Below the pieces are notes generated by a model. That model was not told the origin of the DNA and searched no databases. It saw only the letters and a program-made list of their open reading frames with translations. This document shows, piece after piece, positions 1 through 5,718 of a DNA stretch of 34,012 nucleotides. Origin of the DNA: a virus (lineage: Duplodnaviria; Caudoviricetes); the IMG/VR virus record IMGVR_UViG_3300036982_000376, positions 1 to 34,012 of that record. One strand, 5' to 3'. A program made the translations under genes and the position numbers. Within the stretch, counting starts at the first letter, position 1, and each line of letters opens with the position of its first letter.

Positions 1-187
1 GGCGTGGTCTGCGGCGTGGTCTGCGGCGGGGTCTGCTGCGTGGGATGCGGCGCGGGCTTTAGCGTGGGAGGCGGAGGCGGCGCGGCCTGCGGCGTCGATT
101 GCGGATACGGCTGCGCTGTGGGCTGCGGAGCGCGCATGGCAGCGCGAAGAGTTGGAGCGGATGCTCGGGGAAGGAGGTGGCGCGTGA
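1..187 (+). CDS. C-terminal part of Ala/Trp-repeat (Imm5-like) protein, paralogue 1; 5' end off-window, probably continues from 33622..34012
   Basis: Frame starting at base 2 reads AWSAAWSAAGSAAWDAARALAWEAEAARPAASIADTAALWAAERAWQREELERMLGEGGGA*; 55-187 nearly identical to 3088-3220. Confidence 0.8.
   Translation, partial: AWSAAWSAAGSAAWDAARALAWEAEAARPAASIADTAALWAAERAWQREELERMLGEGGGA
170..187 (+). repeat. 18-bp gene-junction linker GAAGG(A/G)GGTGGCGCGTGA, copy 1 of 6 (others 2189-2206, 2679-2696, 3203-3220, 3559-3576, 33608-33625)
   Basis: Read directly; encodes (E/R)GGGA-stop of the upstream gene, the SD and the overlapping GTG start of the downstream gene. Confidence 0.9.
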
Positions 188-429
188 GCCTCAACCGAAT
201 CCCGCGCGACCCGAACGGCAAGCTCATGGTCTGCATGGAGCAGACTAGCGCACTCCGCATCGCGGAACTGCTCGACCTCATGTCGCAGACGCTCGACCGC
301 GAAGACACCAGCGACATGGACGAGGACGAATGCGCTTCGCACGACCTCGACATCGATGATTCGATCGTGTTCCGAGACGCGCTGCGGCGCATCGTCGCGG
401 ACCTCAACCCCAAGAAGAAGGAGAACTGA
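184..429 (+). CDS. hypothetical acidic protein
   Basis: GTG start overlapping the upstream TGA (GTGA), SD AAGGAGG; MSLNRIPRDPNGKL...KKKEN. Confidence 0.75.
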   Translation: MSLNRIPRDPNGKLMVCMEQTSALRIAELLDLMSQTLDREDTSDMDEDECASHDLDIDDSIVFRDALRRIVADLNPKKKEN

Positions 430-430
430 C

Positions 431-949
431 ATGCCAACGATCTACGAAATCTCAGAGGACATGGCCGCGCTCGACGCGCTGCTCGCGGAGACTGGCGGCG
501 AGATCACGCCGGAGGCCGAGGCCGCGTTCAACGCGTTCGAGGCGGAACTCGCCGCGAACCTTCACGCCAAGACGGACGCGTACTGCGCGCTGATCGCGGA
601 GATCGACGCCAGGGCGGCGGCGCGCAAGGCCGAGGCCAAGCGCCTCGCCGACCGCGCGAAGACCGACGAGCGCACCTCGGACGCGCTGCGCGAGCGCCTT
701 CGCTTCGTGTGGGAGACGCGCCGTCTCGGCAAGGTCGAGACCGATCGGTTCACGGTCAGCCTCGCGAAGAACGGCGGCAAGGCACCGCTCGACGTCCGCT
801 GCGGCGTTGACGAGCTGCCGGCGTGGGCCGTCAAGCGCGAGACCGTCGTGACCGTCGACAGGGACGCGATCCGCCAGCGTCTCGACGCGGGCGAACCGCT
901 CGACTTCGCCTCGCTCATGGAGCGCGGCACTCGCATCAACATCAAGTGA
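431..949 (+). CDS. Siphovirus Gp157 family protein
   Basis: MPTIYEISEDMAALDALL...KTDAYCALIAEI...KAEAKRLADRAK...KVETDRFTVSLAKNGGK...VDRDAIRQRLDAGE...RINIK fits the Gp157 pattern; SD AAGGAG. Confidence 0.85.
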   Translation: MPTIYEISEDMAALDALLAETGGEITPEAEAAFNAFEAELAANLHAKTDAYCALIAEIDARAAARKAEAKRLADRAKTDERTSDALRERLRFVWETRRLGKVETDRFTVSLAKNGGKAPLDVRCGVDELPAWAVKRETVVTVDRDAIRQRLDAGEPLDFASLMERGTRINIK

Positions 950-960
950 GGACGCAGTTC

Positions 961-1182
961 ATGGCTCTGAAGTTGACCACATCGAACAAATCCCGCCGCC
1001 CTTCGTTGAGCCGGAAGGTGCGCGCGGGTCTGGCCGAGATCGCGGATGCGTCTCGTCCGGAGACTGTGGAGGCGATCGCCGCCGTGGCATGGATTCGCCG
1101 AACGATCGCCGTGGTAGAATCGCGGCATCGACGGCAGCATGACGCTGGGCGGTGTACTCCTACCGCAGTCGACCCACGCTGA
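961..1182 (+). CDS. small basic hypothetical protein, paralogue of 1262..1471
   Basis: ATG 961 after GAGG; SRRPSLSRKVRAGLAEIA...AVAWIRR aligns with the next ORF. Confidence 0.6.
   Translation: MALKLTTSNKSRRPSLSRKVRAGLAEIADASRPETVEAIAAVAWIRRTIAVVESRHRRQHDAGRCTPTAVDPR
1112..1120 (+). promoter_or_regulatory. putative extended -10 promoter (TGGTAGAAT)
   Basis: TGn + TAGAAT immediately upstream of a hairpin-rich leader. Confidence 0.4.
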
Positions 1183-1231
1183 GCGCGGGGGCGAAAGCCC
1201 CCCGCTCGGCGCGGAGGAGCGAAGGAGCAAA

Positions 1232-1258
1232 CGCCGCATGACGCGGCAGAATGGAGAC
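1232..1258 (+). promoter_or_regulatory. leader hairpin GCCGC-ATGAC-GCGGC plus SD; repeated at 33355 and, in variant form, at 30784
   Basis: CGCCGCATGACGCGGCAGAA identical at 1232-1251 and 33355-33374, each followed by GGAGAC and a start codon. Confidence 0.7.
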
Positions 1259-1261
1259 GAC

Positions 1262-1471
1262 ATGACATCACGCAACAAGCCGTCCTACTCGCAGACCGTG
1301 CGTAACGGGCTACTGCTCATCGCGCTCCGGCACACGCCGACCACGGACGAGGAGCGCCGCGCGATCGCGTGGATCCGCGAGATGAACGCGTGGCACATCC
1401 AGGTCGTGCAGCCGGCGGAACGCAGGGTCAACATGGGCAGGAAGACACGCACCACGAAGGAGGCAGCATGA
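1262..1471 (+). CDS. small basic hypothetical protein
   Basis: SD GGAG, ATG 1262; MTSRNKPSYSQTVRNGLLLIA...AIAWIRE; stop overlaps next start (ATGA). Confidence 0.75.
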   Translation: MTSRNKPSYSQTVRNGLLLIALRHTPTTDEERRAIAWIREMNAWHIQVVQPAERRVNMGRKTRTTKEAA

Positions 1472-1923
1472 GCCCCAGCCAGCAAGACGCCATCGGGAAT
1501 CTGCTGAATATGTTGAGGCGCGACGGATTCGAGTCCTATCACTCCGCGTTCACCGCGCTCGTCGCGGAGCGGGACGCGCTGCGGAAAGAGCGCCAGATGT
1601 ACTGGGAGTCCTGCGATGCGCTTGAAAAGCAGAACTTAGACCTAAGGAACCGTGTAGAGGAGCTGCGCACAAAAGAGGACAGCTGGAAGTCGGCGCGAAA
1701 AATGGCACTGGATGATATTGACAAAGCCGACGCTGAGCGCATAGCGGTCACTGTGGGCGAGCCTCCGGACCACCAGCCGCTTGCTTTGTTTCTGTGGATG
1801 AGAGAGGTCACGCACATGTTGTACCACTCGCGGGATCGCTATGACGAACAAAAAGAACAATTGGTGGCTCAGTACTACTCCACCATTGCCGAGATGCGGA
1901 AGGAGAATAGCGATGGAAAGTGA
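1468..1923 (+). CDS. coiled-coil hypothetical protein
   Basis: SD AAGGAGG, ATG 1468; LVAERDAL coiled-coil segment shared with 2421..2696. Confidence 0.75.
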   Translation: MSPSQQDAIGNLLNMLRRDGFESYHSAFTALVAERDALRKERQMYWESCDALEKQNLDLRNRVEELRTKEDSWKSARKMALDDIDKADAERIAVTVGEPPDHQPLALFLWMREVTHMLYHSRDRYDEQKEQLVAQYYSTIAEMRKENSDGK

Positions 1924-2206
1924 CACGTCAATTGAGATGCTCGTTGCCAGAAAGTGGGACGGCAACGAGTGGCGTTACCCCAACATTGAGCAAATGGTCG
2001 AAGAGAACAAGCTCCTCCGCGCCGAACTTGCCTCGATGGAGAAAAAGCGGGATAGAGCTATTAAGCAGCGCGACAAGGCAAATGAAAATCTTTGCGAGGC
2101 GTGCAAACTCATTTCATCGCATCATTATCGTTGGACAAGAAAGTGGCCGTGGGAAATTGCCGCTGAACGCGGCTGGGACTGCTTCAACGAAGGAGGTGGC
2201 GCGTGA
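1913..2206 (+). CDS. hypothetical protein with AAERGWDCF C-terminal motif
   Basis: SD AAGGAG, ATG 1913; ends EIAAERGWDCFNEGGGA. Confidence 0.75.
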   Translation: MESDTSIEMLVARKWDGNEWRYPNIEQMVEENKLLRAELASMEKKRDRAIKQRDKANENLCEACKLISSHHYRWTRKWPWEIAAERGWDCFNEGGGA

Positions 2207-2424
2207 GCGACAACAACACGCGCCAGCAAATCTTGGCGTATGTACTGCCCAAGGAAATCGAGCGATGCCAGCAGTTGCTCGTTGACTACGCCCAGATCGG
2301 CGTAGCCGGAGCCTACGCCCGAATCATGATCCGCGCCGAAATCGCCGCCGCCCACAAGGCCATGATGGAAGGCGATGTGGTCGCAATGCTTCGCGCCTAC
2401 GAGGCGCTGAAAGGATGTCAATGA
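2203..2424 (+). CDS. small helical phage protein
   Basis: GTG start inside the junction linker; LPKEIERC...GDVVAMLRAYEALK. Confidence 0.75.
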   Translation: MSDNNTRQQILAYVLPKEIERCQQLLVDYAQIGVAGAYARIMIRAEIAAAHKAMMEGDVVAMLRAYEALKGCQ

Positions 2425-2696
2425 ACGACAACGACATCGACGCGCTGCTGAAGGAACTGCGTGGTCACGCAGCCAACGGCTACAAGACCTGCCAGTACTT
2501 CGCGCTGACCCTGCTCGTCGCGGAGCGGGACGCGCTGCAGAAGCAGCGCGACGAGGCGCGGGAAAATCTGCGCGAAGCCTGTGATGAGATTGCAATACGA
2601 GTGAACACGCACGCAATGTCCATGAACAAGACAGCGGAGATAATCGCCGCCGAGCGCGGCTGGGACTGCTTCGCGCAGGAAGGGGGTGGCGCGTGA
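2421..2696 (+). CDS. hypothetical protein with AAERGWDCF motif (mosaic of 1468-like N-half and 1913-like C-half)
   Basis: SD AAGGA, ATGA overlap; shares LVAERDAL with 1468 gene and KQRD.A.ENL.EAC...AAERGWDCF with 1913 gene. Confidence 0.75.
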   Translation: MNDNDIDALLKELRGHAANGYKTCQYFALTLLVAERDALQKQRDEARENLREACDEIAIRVNTHAMSMNKTAEIIAAERGWDCFAQEGGGA

Positions 2697-3220
2697 GTGA
2701 CATTGAAGCCCTGATCTCGCGCCTAACCGATTGCCAGCGCCAAGAGTTTGCGCTTGCGTGTGCGCGGCGCGTCCAGCACCTGATGACCGACCCGCGATCC
2801 GTTGCAGCGCTCGACACGCGGGAGCGGTGGTTGCGCGGCGAGGCGACGGACGAGGAGATGGCTGCGGCGTTGGCTGCGGCGTGGTCTGCGGCGTGGTCTG
2901 CGGCGGGGTCTGCGGCGCGGGCTGCGGCGTGGTCTGCGGCGTGGTCTGCGGCGGGGTCTGCGGCGCGGGCTGCGGCGGGGTCTGCGCGGTGGTCTGCGGC
3001 GGGGTCTGCGCGGTGGTCTGCGGCGGGGTCTGCGGCGCGGGCTGCGGCGCGGGCTGCGGCGGGGTCTGCGGCGTGGGCTGCGGCGTGGGCTTTAGCGTGG
3101 GAGGCGGAGGCGGCGCGGCCTGCGGCGTCGATTGCGGATACGGCTGCGCTGTGGGCTGCGGAGCGCGCATGGCAGCGCGAAGAGTTGGAGCGGATGCTCG
3201 GGGAAGGGGGTGGCGCGTGA
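2693..3220 (+). CDS. Ala/Trp-repeat protein (Imm5-like/putative immunity-protein-like N-domain), paralogue 2
   Basis: FALACARRVQHLMTDPRSVAALDTRERWLRGEATDEEM followed by 20 tetrapeptide repeats; family name from recall, function unproven. Confidence 0.8.
   Translation: MSDIEALISRLTDCQRQEFALACARRVQHLMTDPRSVAALDTRERWLRGEATDEEMAAALAAAWSAAWSAAGSAARAAAWSAAWSAAGSAARAAAGSARWSAAGSARWSAAGSAARAAARAAAGSAAWAAAWALAWEAEAARPAASIADTAALWAAERAWQREELERMLGEGGGA
2861..3100 (+). repeat. tandem array of 20 x 12-bp units (G/T)CTGCGGCGNGG with a perfect 48-bp duplication (2873-2920 = 2921-2968)
   Basis: Counted directly in sequence. Confidence 0.9.
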
Positions 3221-3576
3221 GCGATATCGAAAACATGATCGACCGCCTCACAGATCGCCAGCGCCATGAGTTCGCGCTTGCGTGTGCGCGGCGTGTCCAG
3301 CACCTGATGACCGACCCGCGCTCCATCGCGGCGCTCGACACTCGAGAGCGGTGGCTGCGCGGCGAGGCGACGGACGAGGAGATGGCTGCGGCGTTGGCTG
3401 CGGCGGGGGATGCGGCGTGGGATGCGTCGCGGGCTGCGGCGTGGGCTGCGGCGTGGGCTGCGCGGGCGGCTGCGGCGGGGGCTGCGCGGGATGCGGCGTC
3501 TGCGGCGGGGGATGCCGAACGCGCATGGCAGCGCGCCGAATTGGAGCGGATGCTCGGGGAAGGGGGTGGCGCGTGA
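3217..3576 (+). CDS. Ala/Trp-repeat protein, paralogue 3 (shorter repeat tract)
   Basis: GTG start in linker; MSDIENMIDRLTDRQRHEFALACARRVQHLMTDPRS...AERAWQRAELERMLGEGGGA. Confidence 0.8.
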   Translation: MSDIENMIDRLTDRQRHEFALACARRVQHLMTDPRSIAALDTRERWLRGEATDEEMAAALAAAGDAAWDASRAAAWAAAWAARAAAAGAARDAASAAGDAERAWQRAELERMLGEGGGA

Positions 3577-3830
3577 ACTGGATCACCGGCATCAACCGAG
3601 ACGGATGGCCGACCGCGATCCCGCTCGACCGCGTCGAGGAGATCAGACTCGACCCTCGTACCGAAATCGGAAGCGTCGAAACGCATATCGATCTGCGCGA
3701 CAATCCAACGAACTCCGAGGTGTTTACGATGGCCATCGTCACCGACGCGGCTGGGCTGAATCTGACGATGGGTGGCCTATGCCGCATGGTCAGGGAGAAG
3801 GACAGCCGATCAGGGGAGCGTGTCGATTGA
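3573..3830 (+). CDS. hypothetical protein
   Basis: GTG start in linker; MNWITGINRDGWPTAIPLDRVEEI... Confidence 0.7.
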   Translation: MNWITGINRDGWPTAIPLDRVEEIRLDPRTEIGSVETHIDLRDNPTNSEVFTMAIVTDAAGLNLTMGGLCRMVREKDSRSGERVD

Positions 3831-4237
3831 CGGACTCCGCGGCCCATACGACTGCGACCCGCAAGCCGAGGTCGGTGACGATCAGGCTTCCCCTGCCGTC
3901 GCGTGAACTCTCCCCGAACGGGCGGTTCCACTGGCGATCTTCGGCCCGCGCGAAGAAGTTTGCGCGCCTCACCGCGAAGTACGCGACCGAGGCGCAGGCG
4001 GGTTTCGCGCGCGCCGGCCGCGAGATGGCGAAGGCGACCTGCGAGGCGCGCTTCTACTTCAAGCAGGACCGCCGACGCGACCGTGACAACCTGCTCGCCT
4101 CGCTGAAGGCGTACTTCGACGGAGTGGCCGACGCCGGGCTCGTCCGCAACGATTCGGACATGACCTACCTTCCCGTCGTCGTGGCGATCGACAAGGCAAA
4201 CCCGCGCGTCGAGCTGCACATCACGGAGACCGAATGA
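3827..4237 (+). CDS. rusA: RusA-like Holliday junction resolvase
   Basis: TTG start with SD GGGGAG; LPLPSRELSPN, RRDRDNLLASLKAYFDGVADAGLVRNDS, PRVELHI match RusA catalytic Asp/Lys spacing. Confidence 0.8.
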   Translation: MTDSAAHTTATRKPRSVTIRLPLPSRELSPNGRFHWRSSARAKKFARLTAKYATEAQAGFARAGREMAKATCEARFYFKQDRRRDRDNLLASLKAYFDGVADAGLVRNDSDMTYLPVVVAIDKANPRVELHITETE

Positions 4238-4470
4238 GGAAGCGCGGAACCAAGACTTCGGAGATGGGCTGCGTCGTGCGCCAGGTGCGGCGCGGCGACA
4301 CGATCTACATCAAGCTCGGCGAGCAGGTGCTCGGGTTCATCGAGTGCCTCGATGTCCCCGCAAAGGCCCGCCTTGCGTTCACCTTTCACAAGTCGCTCAA
4401 GATCGAGCGGCAGGAAACCACGGAGGAATCCAATGCAGGAGCATGCGTCGACGGAGTTCACAAGGGCTGA
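4234..4470 (+). CDS. divergent CsrA/RsmA-like small beta protein
   Basis: VVRQVRRGDTIYIKLGEQVLGFIECL...ARLAFTFHKSLKIERQE parallels the CsrA pattern R..GE.I.I...V.V...VR.....P....I.R.E. Confidence 0.5.
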   Translation: MRKRGTKTSEMGCVVRQVRRGDTIYIKLGEQVLGFIECLDVPAKARLAFTFHKSLKIERQETTEESNAGACVDGVHKG

Positions 4471-4567
4471 CGAGCGGGCGTTGTTCGACCGGCTGTACAT
4501 CATCGCGGGCATCGGCTGGGGCATCGCGATCTTCGCGCTCGGCTTTGCGATGGGGGTGCTCCGATGA
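4433..4567 (+). CDS. small membrane protein
   Basis: SD GGAGG, ATG 4433; single hydrophobic helix LYIIAGIGWGIAIFALGFAMGVL. Confidence 0.65.
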   Translation: MQEHASTEFTRADERALFDRLYIIAGIGWGIAIFALGFAMGVLR

Positions 4568-4899
4568 GCGCCGAGTACGGATTCCGCGCGCCGCCGTCGC
4601 TGCAAGGTCTGCCGCTGTTCGCCGCGAACGCGCGCACGACCGACCCGCGCACCTCGCGCGCAGCCGCCGCGAGCCTCGACGCGCGCAGCCACCTTGCGAC
4701 GCTGTCGCGGGCCTACCGCGAGGCGGGAGAGCGCGGCCTGACCGACGAGGAGGCGGCTACCGCTACGGGCCTCGCGTCCGCGTGGAAGCGTTGCAGCGAC
4801 CTGCGGAGGCTGGGGTTCATTACCGCCACGGGCGCGACGCGGCGCGGCTCGAGCGGGCGCGAGGGGATCGTGTGCCGGTGGCAGGGAGACGGGGCATGA
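4564..4899 (+). CDS. winged helix DNA-binding protein
   Basis: ARTTDPRTSRAAA leader, GLTDEEAA...SAWKRCSDLRRLGFI...TRRGSSGREGIV wHTH pattern. Confidence 0.7.
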   Translation: MSAEYGFRAPPSLQGLPLFAANARTTDPRTSRAAAASLDARSHLATLSRAYREAGERGLTDEEAATATGLASAWKRCSDLRRLGFITATGATRRGSSGREGIVCRWQGDGA

Positions 4900-5198
4900 C
4901 CACACCGAAACCCATCCCATGCTTCGGCGGGCCGCTTGACGGCAAGACCGCGCCCGGTTACGCGATGCACCACGAAGTCGATCACAACGGCACGACCGTC
5001 AGGTACAACCGCATTAGGTACGCGCGCTGGCTCGTGCTTGAGAGCGGCGAGAAACGCTTGCAGACGGCGTACATCTTCGTGACCGACGAGAACTTGCGCG
5101 TGGATTTCCAACTGCCGTTCCACCGTCACGCGGAACCCGACTGGACGCCGACCGATGAGGAGATCCTCCGGCAGGCGGAAGAGGAGGGGAAGATATGA
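4896..5198 (+). CDS. hypothetical protein (GGPLDG motif)
   Basis: ATGA overlap; MTTPKPIPCFGGPLDGK. Confidence 0.7.
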   Translation: MTTPKPIPCFGGPLDGKTAPGYAMHHEVDHNGTTVRYNRIRYARWLVLESGEKRLQTAYIFVTDENLRVDFQLPFHRHAEPDWTPTDEEILRQAEEEGKI

Positions 5199-5455
5199 CC
5201 AGCGACACCGAACCACACGCCGAACTGCGCGAGGAACTGGACGATCTCTTCGCGCTCGTACACGCCCTCCCGCCGGACGAGACCATCCGCGTCCGCGCCG
5301 ACCGCGTCCGACACATCTGCGACCTCTTCGCGCAGGTCATGGACGACGCGGTCGAACTCACCGAGCACAACCGCGCGCTCAAGAACACCGTCAAGGTCGG
5401 GGACCGCCTCATCGGTCGCCTGTCAGGCATCGACACACAGAAGGAGATCATCTAG
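5195..5455 (+). CDS. hypothetical protein
   Basis: ATGA overlap, SD GAGGGG, high GC3. Confidence 0.7.
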   Translation: MTSDTEPHAELREELDDLFALVHALPPDETIRVRADRVRHICDLFAQVMDDAVELTEHNRALKNTVKVGDRLIGRLSGIDTQKEII

Positions 5456-5457
5456 CC

Positions 5458-5616
5458 ATGCTCAAGAAGGCCACGCTCGTCATCGCGCTCGTCGGAGTCC
5501 TCATGCTCGTCGTCGGAATCGTCAAGGACGACAAGGCCGTCGCCGCGGTCGGGCTGCTCCTCGGAATCTGCTTCGGGGTGTTGCGGGCGCTCCTGTCCGT
5601 GTCTAGACTCTTCTGA
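5458..5616 (+). CDS. small two-helix membrane protein
   Basis: SD AAGGAG; MLKKATLVIALVGVLMLVVGIVKDDKAVAAVGLLLGICFGVL. Confidence 0.7.
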   Translation: MLKKATLVIALVGVLMLVVGIVKDDKAVAAVGLLLGICFGVLRALLSVSRLF

Positions 5617-5633
5617 CGAACTTCCCCCAATAG

Positions 5634-5674
5634 GCGAGCCGCCGCCGAGCCTCATCGGTGGCGGTTTGCTTTTT
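5634..5674 (+). terminator. intrinsic terminator ending the early operon
   Basis: Stem GCGAGCCGCCGCCGA / TCGGTGGCGGTTTGC (with G-U pairs), 6-nt loop, then TTTTT. Confidence 0.8.
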
Positions 5675-5718
5675 GCCAAGGACCGATCCGTACCCCGTTC
5701 CGCGCCGATGGCTACGGC

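Noticed and set aside
1121-1260. tRNA, hammerhead ribozyme or c-di-GMP riboswitch
   Set aside because: No T-loop or cloverleaf, no CUGANGA core, no matching riboswitch consensus.
2861-3100. Tandem repeats as a CRISPR array
   Set aside because: Units are contiguous 12-mers with no unique spacers, they are in-frame coding sequence, and no cas genes are present.
2693-3576. Diversity-generating retroelement template/variable repeat pair
   Set aside because: No reverse transcriptase in the window, and differences between copies are not adenine-specific.
2125-3686. Alternative-frame ORFs over the repeat (CGVVCG, RRGL, AADP, PQPT repeats; also 4..183)
   Set aside because: These are shadow frames of a stop-free GC-rich repeat; only the Ala/Trp frame has SD-coupled starts and conserved flanking domains in all three copies.
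5705-5710. CCGAT/CGATA motif upstream of several genes (5705, 6942, 30751, 33271, 33328) as a phage promoter element
   Set aside because: Too short and frequent in GC-rich DNA to support without motif statistics.
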